DNA from: an uncultured delta proteobacterium
Lineage (GTDB): Bacteria > Desulfobacterota > Zymogenia > Zymogenales > Zymogenaceae
Reading direction: 5' to 3'
Assembly (NCBI GenBank): GCA_963792965.1
Contig: CAWBYW010000025.1
Span: 1 to 64,000, forward strand
Length of the DNA stretch: 64,000 bases
Shown here: positions 11,027 to 22,297 of the stretch, in pieces
Layout of the letters: every line of letters starts with the position of its first letter
Numbering within the stretch: the stretch's first letter is position 1
The notes under the pieces: model-generated
The model's database searches: none
What the model was told of the DNA's origin: nothing
The model's input: the letters and a program-made list of their open reading frames with translations, nothing else
Program-made: the position numbers and the translations under genes

Positions 11027-11168
11027 TGACCTGCCCCCGAGAACTGTACCGGTGTTTAAGTTAGTCCATAGGCGTACGTTTCGTTTCTACTAACCTGCCC
11101 TCCTTTCCGAGTCCATTTTACCTCAAACTCTAACGGGTAACGTGGACTCGCTTTCGGGGGGTAGGTTA
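11027..11168. mobile_element. 142-bp MITE-like element with IS3/IS407-like terminal inverted repeats
   Basis: Starts TGACCTGCCCCCGAGAAC and ends CTTTCGGGGGGTAGGTTA. 11061-11168 is nearly identical to 12188-12296. IS family assignment is from recalled end sequences. Confidence 0.7.
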
Positions 11169-11206
11169 ACCTTGACATCACCCTACGTCTTCTCTCGTAC
11201 AGCCCC

Positions 11207-12002
11207 CTAATAGCCTCCCCTGGATAGAACCATTCTATACAACAGCCGTCGAGGTAGGATTCGGCACATCAGGTAAATAAGACGGTTGTTGGCCCCGGGG
11301 AGGCAGATGGGGGTGTCTTTCTTGAGGCACGTGAGCGATACCTCCACGACTTCCCGGGGCGTCATCGCCTTCATCAATCCTTTTGTCCGGTAGAATTCCT
11401 TCGGGTCCAATCCCATCTTCCGGTGGAAGTCAGTCCTGGTCATGCCGGGACAGAGCGCCTGAACCTTCACCCCGGTTCCCGAAGCTCCAGGTAAAGCGAT
11501 TCGGTGAAATGGCTACGAAGGCCTTCGTTCCCCCGTACGTTGCGTTGCCGGGAAACGGGAGAAACGCGCCCAGCGAGGATACATTAATAATGACCCCTTT
11601 GCCAGCGGCGATCATCGGGGGGAGGGCCGCATGCGTCAGCCGCATCACGGCCGCCGCGTGCACGACCAGCATCTTCCGGTGGACCGACTCGCTCAGTTGG
11701 GTAAAGCTTCCGCCTTCGCCAAAGCCGGCGTTGTTAACGAGGACATCGAGGTTATTAATCGTCCTCACCCGCTCCACGAGGGCTTCGAGGTGATGTTCGT
11801 CCGACAGGTCTCCGATGATCACTTCGACGCCAACGCCCTTCTCGCCTCTGAGTCTGTCGGCGACCGCCGCGATCTCATCCTGCCGCCGCCCCGTGATGAT
11901 AAGGTCGAGCCCCTTCGCCGCCATGGCCCCGGCGAAGGCCTCGCCTATGCCGCTGGTCGCGCCGGTTATGAGCGCGACGCCCCTGTGTGCCGAACGCATC
12001 AA
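11207..12002 (-). CDS. SDR family oxidoreductase (frameshift near 11500)
   Basis: TGATSGIG, NNAG and YGGTK in one frame; VQALCPGMTRTDFH in the next. Confidence 0.85.
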
Positions 12003-12164
12003 CTACCTCCCGTTTATTCCTCATTGCCCAAGCGGGATGGGCTTATCCCTCATATGGACGATACCACCACAACCATCCCGCCGCGAATCTGCTCTCTCAT
12101 CCTCCGGACGTGCTACGAGCTGCGCCCTGGTTCCGACACAGGTAGGCCCTGAGTGATCTGCCCT

Positions 12165-12296
12165 CATTAACGATAGCAATGCTTAGCTTAGTCCATAGGC
12201 GTACGTTTCGTTTCTACCGGCCTGCCCCCCCTTTCCGAGTCTATTTTACCTCAAACTCTAACGGGTAACGTGCACTCGCTTTCGGGGGGCGGGTCA
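12165..12296. mobile_element. Second MITE-like copy (variant left end)
   Basis: TTAGTCCATAGGCGTACGTTTCGTTTCTAC...CTTTCGGGGGGCGGGTCA. Its left part CATTAACGATA is shared with 17185. Confidence 0.7.
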
Positions 12297-12334
12297 CTTT
12301 CTTGGCTCTTCTCAGATAGGTCGCTCTTCCATCT

Positions 12335-12526
12335 TCACTTCCGAGCGAGCCAATAGGCCCATAGGGACAACCCTAATGCAACCAGGAAGCCGCCGTAGGA
12401 TATCGAATACGGCGGCGTCCACGTGCCGACCACGATAGGCCAGTGATATATAAGCCTTAGCAAGTGAAGCAGCGCAACGAGAAGGAAGATGGACCCCGAA
12501 AGGATCAGATACAGCTTGCGGCTCAT
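12335..12526 (-). CDS. Small two-TM membrane protein
   Basis: GGAGG RBS before MSRKLYLIL; two hydrophobic helices. Confidence 0.7.
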   Translation of the reverse strand: MSRKLYLILSGSIFLLVALLHLLRLIYHWPIVVGTWTPPYSISYGGFLVALGLSLWAYWLARK

Positions 12527-12683
12527 GGTATGCCTCCTACTTAGTTCGTATAACACTCAGTATCATCGGACGGCGAAACGGACAATACTGAACTATGCGT
12601 CCCGAAGTATGTTATACTCCCTCCATAACGCCTCTGTCAATCATGAATATCAAGCCATTGAATTTATAAATCCCTAAGATCCC

Positions 12684-12765
12684 ATAGGTCACCAACTAAA
12701 AAAGGGCTCACGCATCTGCGTAAGTCCTTGATCTTTCTATCAGCGGGGACACGCTGTAATCAAAA
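12684..12765 (-). repeat. Repeat A copy 3 (degenerate tRNA 3' end plus terminator)
   Basis: ATAGGTCACC...AAAAAAGGGCTCACGCATCTGCGTAAGTCCTTGA...AGCGGGGACACGCTGTAATCAAAA. Confidence 0.85.
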
Positions 12766-13014
12766 AAGAAAAGATGAGGGTTCGGTATCTCCTGGACGTG
12801 TCAAATTCGCGGTGCAATTGAGATGATCCGGCGGCATAACATGATCTGGGGCTTCGGCCCTCTTTTTTACTATTGCGCTTTTTCCTTGACTTCTTATACA
12901 AAGACTTTAAAATATTTAGGTTTTTATCCTTCTACAGGCAGCGATCCGGGCCGCCTCTCTTGTTCCTATGTGGTTTTGCGGCTTTCGAAGCGAACCTTTC
13001 TTAGGGAGACTTCT

Positions 13015-14768
13015 ATGGACAAACGAAAGGCATCATATTTCTCAATTTTAGTCATCTTTCTGATTGCCGTATTTACGTTCACGGCAGCGGCTCAGGACGT
13101 CATCTACATCTCGGAGCCCGACCTCGCCGAAACCCCGAAGATCCTCCCCCGCATGGATGCGCCGCTCTGGAACATGGATTATCGCCACAACCCGGCGCTC
13201 CTGAAACTTGACTGCCCATACGAGTTTATCGACGACGCCTACTACCTCGGTTCCGGGTGGAGCATCTCCTCGGAGTCTTTTAACGAGGGGTTTACGTACA
13301 ACGGCCTGAGACCGGGATTCTTGACGAAGCACGTAGAGGACAAGTACCTCACGACGGTCCTGGGCACCGACGCCGGCTTTGCGCTAAATCTCAACGACCG
13401 ATCGAACCTCGCCGTTATCTTCAACTATCGGTACGGCAACACTAAAGGGGACGGCAACTTCTTCCTCATTTCCTCAGGTCCTACATTCACCGCCAGGGAG
13501 GACGGCTCAATCTCTCAGAAGCTCGAGACGCATGACTTCACCCTCTCGGTGCTCTACAGCCTGAAGATGAGTAACTCCCTCACCTTCGGGGCCGGGCTCA
13601 AGTACACCTATCGGGACGAGAGCTGGGACAGCGATACCTTCGGCCAGGGGATTGACGGTTCGTTCGTTCCCGCTAGTTTGTTTACTACTGACCTGAACCA
13701 AGACCTTGGACTCAGGTATAACATCGTCTCGCCCGTTCTCGGCGTCTCGCTCAAGCCCTCCGACCGCTTTAACATGGACGCCTGGCTTTCGGCCGGGTTC
13801 TACTTCGGGGACGTCCGGAAGAACTCGAACCTGTTCGAAAACGCGTCCGGAGTCAATCCCCCCTACAGCGAAGACCTCGACTCGGGCGACGTCACCGGCT
13901 GGGAGATAAGCGCCTCCGTTCGGCCGGAGCTGGCGGTCACGGACGCCCTCTCCATCCCCTTCGTCCTCGATTTCTCCTACCGCGACATCAAATGGGACGT
14001 GGGCGGTGCCTCCTTCGGCCGCCTCGCGCCCTACGACTACGACCTGATCTACCACGACCAGGGCCAAATCAACTACGAGAACGACGAGTCGACCTGGCAC
14101 GTGAAGGCCGGCGCGGGGCTGACCTACGACGCCGGGTGGGCGACCCTGTCGGGCCTCCTCTCCTACACCCGATGGGAGTTCCTCAACACGTATGACCAGG
14201 AAAACAATATCACCCGTCCCTGGCTGACCGCGTATGCCCAGCGGGACACGGAGAGCCGCGACATCGTGGCGCTGGACGTGTCGGTTAAAAAGGAATTCTC
14301 CGAGATGCTGTCGGCCGACTTTTCCGCCGCATACCTCGTCGGCTGGGCGCATCGGAGGTATCAGATGACGTACCGGTCTCCGTGGGAGTCGATCTCCCCG
14401 CCCGATCAGCTCAAGGTCGTTGCCGACGGGTGGGACGCCTATCAGGACTTGATCCTCTCGGCCACGATGAACCTCAAGCCGACGGAGCGCCTGAGCCTCT
14501 CGCTCATGGGTACCGTCACGATCCCCGTCAACGGCCTCGACTACACCCTGCACGGCCTGGGAACGGGGATGAATAGCGCCCGCACCCTGGGTACCAGGGA
14601 CGTCGAAATCGACGGCCCGGTGGTCCGGGAATACGAGGCCTCTGGCTGGGAGTGGGGCGCGCTCCTGTCGCTCACGCTACGAGTTCGGCTGCCCGGTAGC
14701 GACCCCGACCGATAGCGCCACCCGCACCCGTGGTTGAGCCCAAGCTCGAGCCGATGAGCATGAAGTAG
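13015..14768 (+). CDS. Outer-membrane beta-barrel protein (C-terminal frameshift likely)
   Basis: Signal peptide after MDKRKAS and many amphipathic aromatic beta-strands. A shifted frame near 14675 gives LTYEFG, followed by APPAPVVEPKLEPMSMK*. Confidence 0.7.
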
Positions 14769-14798
14769 AGCGGTACTACAACAAGACATAGACAGAGA

Positions 14799-15071
14799 GG
14801 GGCGGCCAAAAGCCGCCCCTCTTCATTACATAAACCGCATTCTATCTTCCCAGCCCCTGAATAATCATTATAGGTTAAAATAAAAAAGGACTCACGCTTT
14901 CAGCGTAAGTCCTTGATTATTCTGGTAGCGGGGACACGCTTCAATCAAAACAGACAACTCCTTGATGATATAGCCCCGCGCCCCGTAAAATTCAAGATGC
15001 TGAATCTAGATGACCTTATACACGATGCCGAGAGCCAACTTTAGCATGGACTCGTTTCCGGTGGCAGGTCA
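14799..15071 (-). repeat. Repeat A copy 4 with extended arm and IS-like end
   Basis: GGGGCGGC-CAAAA-GCCGCCCC hairpin, terminator, CTGGTAGCGGGGACAC, arm and TGGACTCGTTTCCGGTGGCAGGTCA. Confidence 0.9.
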
Positions 15072-15082
15072 GATTTATCTTG

Positions 15083-16145
15083 TTACTTCCCGGGCCGCCT
15101 TCTTTTTTTTTGCCTATGTCGGTGAAGAGCCTTCCATGCGGGCCGAGGGTTTTCGCCTCTTTTCTGTGCATCAAATAATCCCATAGAACCGAAGTATGGC
15201 GAATCCTGGTCTTTGATAAATAGCCAGAAGACCCGCTTTACTCCGAATTCGAATGCTTGATGATACGCCTGCACTAGCCGCAACGCCTGCTTCTCAGGTG
15301 AGCCTGCATCCGTACGACCCCCGGTCATGGTAGGGCGGCTAACATATCCGGTTTCTGTAATCCAAATAGGTTTACTTTGCACTCCCGTCTCCTCCATCAA
15401 GCCGTACGTGTGTTCCAAGTAACTGGTGAACGTCAGTCCGTTCGCGATAATCTCGCTCGGAAAGTAATAATCATGGACGCTTACAATATCAAATGCCCGG
15501 GTAGAGAGGATAGAATGAAGCCAAGTATCATAACGTTTCTTGGCTTCTTCTCGGGCCGCTTCCGTTTCTAAGTTAAAGATGATACCGCAAGCCATCGCCG
15601 ACAATAGAACCTTAGAGTGCGGGTCATTCTTCTTAATCGACCGGTAACTTGCTTTTAGAAGTTCGAGATACTCTTCTAGTGTTCCTGACCAGAATCCCGG
15701 CGAATTCACCTCGTTCTCGATTTCATAATAGACGTGACCACCTCGGTAACGGTAAGCCAGTTTCCCCACAAAATCCTCCCATTCCGACATATCCCGCGGT
15801 GGTGATCCGCGTCGGTAGATGCCCAGTGCCTTACCAGGAGTTTTGGTGCCCCATAGCGAATCGGAAAGTAAGACGAACACGATTTCGATGTGGTCGGCCC
15901 GCGCCGCTTCTACTATTGCATCGGGCTCACTCCAGTCAAACTCCGCGGGAAGAAGTTACGACAATCTCCCACGATAGGCTTGTCCTAACCGTACCGACGC
16001 CAAGATCATGGGCGAGTTTCATATCGTCCTGAAAGGAACCGGGAAGGACATGTATGCCCGTGCGACTCCTTTCCTGTGCATAGATACCCCCCCACGATCC
16101 AAGAATCAGTAGCAAGGATACCAGACTCGTTATCAGTCTTCTCAT
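15083..16145 (-). CDS. Secreted clan GH-A glycoside hydrolase (GH39/GH5-like), frameshifted near 15940
   Basis: Signal peptide MRRLITSLV; YEIENE acid/base, SVHDY and IWITETGY nucleophile motifs. Confidence 0.8.
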
Positions 16146-16311
16146 CTTATGATTCCGTTTCTATCCGGGTACAAACTATACATAAGATTATTATACATTC
16201 ATTTTATCTATTTTGTTAAAACTGTATCACGTTCCCGCGTAAACAGCGACTGGCCTCAGAATAGCCACCGCAACACTTTCGGCATACTCCCCCCGGATAT
16301 CCTCGTTTCCC

Positions 16312-16385
16312 TGACCTGCCCCCGAGAACTGTACCAGTGTTTAAGTTAGTCCATAGGCGTATGTTTCGTGTCCACCTTCCGAAGG
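16312..16385 (+). repeat. IS-like left end (repeat B)
   Basis: TGACCTGCCCCCGAGAACTGTACCAGTGTTTAAGTTAGTCCATAGGCGTA is nearly identical to 11027-11075. Confidence 0.85.
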
Positions 16386-16671
16386 CTGGGGGGTATAATT
16401 TCAGCTCTCCTCCTCAAATGACCTCAAAGAAAATCCTAAGACCTACCAACTACAAAATCGCCCTCAATTTCCGCCCCATCAATCCCGACTGGTTCTGGAT
16501 GCTCTGGTGTATCTCTTTCGAGGATCCTTAAATCAGCTTTCTGCATGCCTCACACATAGGGATCTATATCCTATCTTATCACAAAAGGAGCACTCCAATC
16601 TTTAGCAGAGTCCATAAATACCATCGCCTGGTTTATACTCATAGATATTCTGTTCTATTCCCTCAGTAACC

Positions 16672-16956
16672 CTAAGTTACGTCTTTTCTTTGTGTACTAA
16701 ATTGCCGGACGGGCCTGTAGACCTTGAAATAGGCGCATATGAACAGCACTGATACTTTTAGATAGACCCTCACGTAGACACAGTTTTTGCCCTTGTTTTC
16801 GCCGCTGGTGATGTAGTTCATACCGTATCTGACGACCTTCAGCTGTTTGGGACAGTCGTTGAAGATGACCTTAGCCGGTTGGACAATCCAGGCACTGGCA
16901 TCGGCCAAAGTAACCATTAAGAAGAGCGTCAAGAGAAGAATCGTGACCTTTTTCAT
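16672..16956 (-). CDS. Small secreted hypothetical protein
   Basis: GGAGGAG RBS and signal peptide MKKVTILLLTLFLMVTLADASA. Confidence 0.55.
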   Translation of the reverse strand: MKKVTILLLTLFLMVTLADASAWIVQPAKVIFNDCPKQLKVVRYGMNYITSGENKGKNCVYVRVYLKVSVLFICAYFKVYRPVRQFSTQRKDVT

Positions 16957-17442
16957 ATTCCCACTCCTCCGGTAAGAAACGTAGAATATCAGACACCTTT
17001 CCATCACTTCTACAGCGCATAGCCCATTCGCTTTCGCTACGAAAGATAACTGAGCGAGTGCGATCTTGCCACATCCCTCTCCCGTCCGATGAATCGGGTA
17101 CACTCCTCGACGCTGGCGGCTCTCCGTGCATCCAAGAAGTTAAACGGGTGGGAATACCTTAGGCATAGCCATATGACCTCTTTCCATTAACGATACTAGT
17201 AGTTACTCTATAGGCGTGTGCTTCGCGTCCACCTCCCCAAGACCCGGGAAGTATGGTTTCGGGAACCGGGGAACGGTAACCAAGAGAACTGTGTAGCCCG
17301 ATGGTTTTATACTCTCTTCGCAACTTCAATGACAAGACTTAGCTTCTAATAGCATATCGAAGCTCTCACTTATGTGCCCACCCTGACCTTGCCCTCCATT
17401 CAGAATATATTCTACCACAAATTCTAACTTTTAAAATGGACT

Positions 17443-17612
17443 CGTTTTCGGAGGTCAGGTCAGTCGAATTATAGGTCATCGACAAAAAAAGGACTTACGC
17501 TTCTGCGTAAGTCCTTGGTTTTACAGAACGAGTACCGTTTTCGGAGGTCAGGTCAGTCGAATTATAGGTCACCCACAAAAAAAGGACTCACGCTTCTAGC
17601 GTGAGTCCTTGA
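17443..17612. repeat. 93-bp-period tandem duplication of IS-like end plus terminator
   Basis: CGTTTTCGGAGGTCAGGTCAGTCGAATTATAGGTCA...AAAAAAAGGACT(T/C)ACGC...GTCCTTG occurs at 17443 and 17536. Confidence 0.9.
17577..17610 (-). terminator. Intrinsic terminator of tRNA-fMet
   Basis: AAGGACTCACGC/GCGTGAGTCCTT stem followed by a T-run on the minus strand. Confidence 0.9.
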
Positions 17613-17618
17613 TTTTTC

Positions 17619-17695
<77 letters not shown>

Positions 17696-17708
17696 ATATG
17701 GTTTGCAG

Positions 17709-17737
17709 ACTATATCAATCCACGGCGGCCCTGTCAA
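17709..17737 (-). promoter_or_regulatory. Sigma70 promoter of tRNA-fMet
   Basis: TTGACA-17 bp-TATAGT on the minus strand. Confidence 0.85.
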
Positions 17738-17850
17738 CTAAAATGCCCGCCGATGCCGCAAAAAAGGCTCCCATCCAAAGAAAACCAACCCGCGGTCGAG
17801 CCGCTCACCTCACAAGAAACGATAGCAACGACCGGTCTCCCGGCATCTAT

Positions 17851-18048
17851 TTACTTATCGTCCGCCGCGCCGCCCGGCCCCTTTATCTCTTTCTTGGGCT
17901 CGTCCTCGTCGACGCTCTGAAGGCCTTTCTTGAAATTCCTGATCCCCTTCCCCAAAGACGCCCCGAGCTCCGGGATCTTGCTCCCACCGAAGATTACCAG
18001 GGCGATCACCAAGATGAGGATTAACTCTGATGTCCCTAAGCCAAACAT
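17851..18048 (-). CDS. tatA: Twin-arginine translocase TatA/E
   Basis: [41 protein letters not shown]. Confidence 0.95.
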   Translation of the reverse strand: MFGLGTSELILILVIALVIFGGSKIPELGASLGKGIRNFKKGLQSVDEDEPKKEIKGPGGAADDK

Positions 18049-18172
18049 GAAACTCTCCTTTCACACTTTTTCGTACTATAGCATATTTCGATCGAGATGA
18101 CAACTCTTTTTGACAAGACGGCCGCCGTTTTCGGCCCACCGCCTCTCTTTATCCACGCGCGGCCGGATATTT

Positions 18173-18605
18173 TTACCCCTGGGTGGGCTCGCTCCCCTTC
18201 CTCAGCAGCAATAACAGCTCTTCCGATATCCTGATGAGCCTGCCCGTCCGGTCGAGCGCGGCGTGCACCGTCCAGCCCGTCGCGTGTAATTTTCCCCCCT
18301 CGGCCCCTCGGATCTCATAGTCGAACCGGAGTGAGGCCTTCTTGATGAACGCAAGCCGCGAGACGATCTCGACAACTTCGTCGTAGACCGCGGGCGCGTG
18401 GTACTTCACGAACGCCTCCGTCACCGGATAAACGACGCCGGCTTCTTCCACTTCTTTATAGCTCACGCCCAGTCCGCGGAGGTATTCGGTCCTCCCGATC
18501 TCAAACCATCTCAGGTAGGTGCCGTAATAGGCAAACCCCATCGGGTCGACATCGGCGTATCGGACCCGCTCTCGGAACCTGTTTTCGTATTCCGTGTGCG
18601 CTCAC
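18173..18605 (-). CDS. Acyl-CoA thioesterase (YbgC/4HBT family); start region frameshifted
   Basis: RVRYADVDPMGFAYYGTYLRWFEIGRTE motif. Confidence 0.85.
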
Positions 18606-19835
18606 AGTGTCCCCCTGAAGAATGCGTCTATGAGGGTGTGGCCTTCCCGGTATAAAGAGGCCCGTCTTTGCGCACGACGATTCATCAAAAGCAGCCGCCG
18701 CGCGTCCGGAGAGCCCCGCGCCGACGGCCGTAAACGGGACGGGATGCGCGCTGTGGGTGCGGATCGCGATCGGCGTCGGGTGATCGGGGAGAATCAGCGC
18801 CCGCCACCGCACAAACGCCCCCATCCCCGCGAGGATCGGGCCTACGACCTTCTCGTCGAATTGTTCGATGGCCCGTACCTTCAGGGCCGCGTCTCCGGCA
18901 TGTCCTGCCTCGTCGGGGGCCTCCACGTGGAGGTAGACGAAATCCTCCCCTGTTTTGAGCGCCGTCAAGGCCGCTTCCACCTTTCCCGCGTAATTCGTGT
19001 CGATCCATCCCGTGGCGCCGGGGACGGAAATTACCCTGAGGCCCGCGAGCAACCCCAGCCCCTGCACTAAGTCCACGGCCGAGATGACGGCCCCCTCTAT
19101 CCCCCAGCGCTCTCGGAAGGTGACGAGCCTCGGCCGGCCCCCCTGCCCCCAGAACCAGGGCGAGTTTGCGGGAAGTTTTCCCTCCCTTTCCCTGGCACGG
19201 TTGACGGGGTGATGGGCCAGGAGCTGTTGGCCTTCCCGCATAAGGGAAAGGAGGCGGCCCGCGCCGTCTCCGTGGGGGAGGTAGGTGCCGATTTCCTTTC
19301 CGATGATGTCGTGCGGCGGGGTGGTGCCGATATCCTTTTTACCGTTGGCCCACACCAGGATGTGGCGGTAAGACTTGCCGGGATAGATCCGAAACTCGTG
19401 GCTCCCCAGCATGCGGTCCAGCGCCGAAACGAGCGGGTGGGAGTCCGCATCAGGGATGTGCCCCGCCGAGTAGTCCACCATGGTGCGACGTCCGCCCGGT
19501 CCTTTCGGCTCGCTCAGCGTGACAAGGTTCATCCGGTAGGCTACGTCGGAGTCCTTCAGCTCGATGCCGAGGCTCGCCGCCTCGACAGGCGCCCGTCCGG
19601 AGTAAAAACGGCGGGGGTCAAAACCCATGATAGAAAGGTTTGCCACGTCAGAGCCGGGAACGAACCCCTCCGGCACCGATTTCACCATTCCCGCGACGCC
19701 GGTTCGCGCCGCCCGGTCCATGTTCGGGGTCCGCGCCGCCTCAAGGGGCGTCCTGCCGCCGAGAGCCTCTATCGGCTCGTCGGCCATCCCGTCGCCCAGA
19801 AGAACGATATATTTGATCGGTGATGTTGCGTGCAC
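18602..19835 (-). CDS. apgM: Cofactor-independent phosphoglycerate mutase (ApgM-type); 3' end frameshifted
   Basis: GDGMAD, PGSDVAN, HVEAPDEAGH and PDHPTP motifs; located next to thrC and hom. Confidence 0.9.
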
Positions 19836-19883
19836 TCCACACCTTCGCTCTGAAGTGTGCCCCGCAGATGCGCGGGACGACTC

Positions 19884-20942
19884 CTAAAGACCCATGACCC
19901 GCACCACCTCGTCTATCTCGGGACGGATCGTAAAGGTCTCTGGCGATACCCGGATGGCCGTATCCGGGTCTTTCAGCCCGTGGCCGGTCAGCGTGCAGAC
20001 CACCACGTCCCCCTTCTTGAAGAGGCCTTTCGCCGCGACCTTTATCACCCCGGCCACCGAGGCCGCCGACGCCGGCTCGCAGAAGATCCCTTCCAGCGAC
20101 GCGATCATTCGGTACGCCGCCAGGATCTCGTCGTCCGTCACCATATCGATGAGCCCCCCCGACTCGTCCCGCGCCGCCGTCGCCCGCTTCCACGAGGCGG
20201 GGTTCCCGATCCGGATGGCCGTGGCGATCGTCTCCGGGTTCTTGACGGGCGCTCCCCGCACGATGGGTGCCGCGCCCTCGGCCTGGAAACCGATCATCCG
20301 AGGCCTGCGCGTGGCGATCCCATCTCTGTGGTACTCGGTATAGCCCATCCAGTACGCCGTGATGTTTCCGGCGTTGCCGACGGGAAGCGCATGATAATCG
20401 GGGGCGTCGCCCAGCACGTCGATGATCTCGAAGGCTGCGGTCTTCTGGCCCACGATCCGATCCTCGTTGAGTGAGTTCACCATCGTGATGGGGTGCTTCT
20501 CCGATATCTCCCGCACCAGCATGAGCGCCTCGTCGAAGTTTCCCTTGATCTGGATAACGGTGGCGCCGTGCATCACCGCCTGGGAGAGCTTTCCCATGGC
20601 GATCTTTCCCTCCGGGATCAACACGAAGGCCTTCATGCCGGCCTTGGCGGCGTACGCGGCCGCCGACGCCGACGTGTTGCCCGTGGAGGCGCAGATAACG
20701 GCCCGACTTCCCTCTTCCTTTGCCCGAGTGACCGCCACCGTCATCCCCCGATCCTTGAATGAGCAGGTCGGGTTGAGGCCGTCATATTTGAGGTAGAGCT
20801 CGAGCCCGGGGGCAATCCGATCCCGAAGCCGGTCGGCCCTGATCAGCGGGGTGTTTCCCTCGTGGAGCGTGACGGCCTTGCTCCGGTCCTTGACCGGGAG
20901 CCGGTCCCCGTAGCGGTCGATGAGTCCGTTGTATCCTTTCAT
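19884..20942 (-). CDS. thrC: Threonine synthase
   Basis: [13 protein letters not shown] lysine, ASTGNTSAS and PVGNAGN. Confidence 0.95.
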   Translation of the reverse strand: MKGYNGLIDRYGDRLPVKDRSKAVTLHEGNTPLIRADRLRDRIAPGLELYLKYDGLNPTCSFKDRGMTVAVTRAKEEGSRAVICASTGNTSASAAAYAAKAGMKAFVLIPEGKIAMGKLSQAVMHGATVIQIKGNFDEALMLVREISEKHPITMVNSLNEDRIVGQKTAAFEIIDVLGDAPDYHALPVGNAGNITAYWMGYTEYHRDGIATRRPRMIGFQAEGAAPIVRGAPVKNPETIATAIRIGNPASWKRATAARDESGGLIDMVTDDEILAAYRMIASLEGIFCEPASAASVAGVIKVAAKGLFKKGDVVVCTLTGHGLKDPDTAIRVSPETFTIRPEIDEVVRVMGL

Positions 20943-20945
20943 GCC

Positions 20946-22283
20946 TCAGGCGCCTCCTTTCAGGGCGGTGTCCTCCACCCGAAACAAGATCGAGGGCCGG
21001 GCGATGATGTCAAGCGCGTCGATTTTAGCAAGAGCCGCCTTCACGTCGCGCTCCCGTGCCTCGTGTGTCATCATGACGACCGGGACATCTTTGTGCCCTT
21101 CGGCTCTCCCCTTCTGGATGACGGAGGCGATGCTGATGTGGTGCTCACCCAATATTCCCGAAATCCCGGACAGCACCCCGGGCTTGTCGAGGGCGGAGAA
21201 GCGGAGGTAGTAGTTGGTGATCACCTCGTCCATCTTCTTGGGCTTGACGTGCGCGATATCCTCTTCGGAAAACGAGAGGGGGGGCACCCGCTTCTTGATG
21301 CCCGCGCTGACGTTTCGGGCAAGCTCCACGAGGTCGGAGACCACGGCCGTGCCGGTGGGCATCATGCCGGCACCCTGCCCATACAGCAATATGGACCCCA
21401 CCGCCAGCCCCCGGATATAGAAGGCGTTCATGTTGAGGTTCACGTTGGAGAGAAGATAGCGGAAGGGGATGAGCGTGGGGTGCACCCGCGCTTCGATCCC
21501 GTCCGAGGTAAAAATAAGTATTGCAAGGAGCTTTATTTTGTAGCCCATTTCCTTGGCGAAGCGGATGTCCACGGCCTCGATCTTGGATATTCCTTCCACG
21601 TGGAGGTCAGCGTAGTCGATCTTCACCCCGTAAGTCAGCGGGATAATGACGGCAAGCTTGTGGGCCGTGTCGTATCCCTCGATATCGAGCGTCGGGTCGG
21701 CCTCGGCGTAACCGAGCCTCTGGGCCTCCGAAAGCGCTGCGGAAAACTCCATGTTGTCGTCAGTCATGCGGGTCAGGATGTAATTGCAGGTGCCGTTCAT
21801 GATGCCGAAGATGTACTGGATGCGGTCCCCGACGAGCCCTTCCTTGAGGGTCCTGATGATGGGTATCCCGCCACCGACGGCGGCCTCGAAGTTGACGTCC
21901 ACCCCCACCCGATGGGCGGCGGCGAAGATGTCGTCGCCCGCTTCGGCCAGCAGCGCCTTGTTAGCGGTCACGACGTGTTTGGAGCTTGCGATGGCCGCCA
22001 TGATGATCTCTTTGGCGATGTCGATGCCCCCGACCGTCTCGACGATGATATCTATGCCGGGGTCCTCGATCACCTCCCTGAGGTTAGTGGTGAGCACCGT
22101 TTCGTCGATCGCGATGCCGCGGTCGCGCGTGATGTCGACGTCGCAGATCTTCTTGATGACGATCTCGGTCCCGAGACGCTCCTTTATGAGCCGGCGGTTT
22201 TCGACAAGGATCTTCACCACTCCCGATCCCACCGTGCCGTACCCTATGATTCCGACGTTGACCGCCCGAGGTTTGCCAGCCAT
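20946..22283 (-). CDS. hom: Homoserine dehydrogenase with ACT domain
   Basis: GYGTVG, EAAVGGGIP, GYAEADPTLD and C-terminal DKPGVL ACT domain. Confidence 0.95.
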   Translation of the reverse strand: MAGKPRAVNVGIIGYGTVGSGVVKILVENRRLIKERLGTEIVIKKICDVDITRDRGIAIDETVLTTNLREVIEDPGIDIIVETVGGIDIAKEIIMAAIASSKHVVTANKALLAEAGDDIFAAAHRVGVDVNFEAAVGGGIPIIRTLKEGLVGDRIQYIFGIMNGTCNYILTRMTDDNMEFSAALSEAQRLGYAEADPTLDIEGYDTAHKLAVIIPLTYGVKIDYADLHVEGISKIEAVDIRFAKEMGYKIKLLAILIFTSDGIEARVHPTLIPFRYLLSNVNLNMNAFYIRGLAVGSILLYGQGAGMMPTGTAVVSDLVELARNVSAGIKKRVPPLSFSEEDIAHVKPKKMDEVITNYYLRFSALDKPGVLSGISGILGEHHISIASVIQKGRAEGHKDVPVVMMTHEARERDVKAALAKIDALDIIARPSILFRVEDTALKGGA

Positions 22284-22297
22284 ACGAGACTCCCGTT

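Noticed and set aside
18501-18610. ApgM-thioesterase fusion or long overlap
   Set aside because: Better explained by indels near the gene boundary; each family's motifs lie in separate frames.
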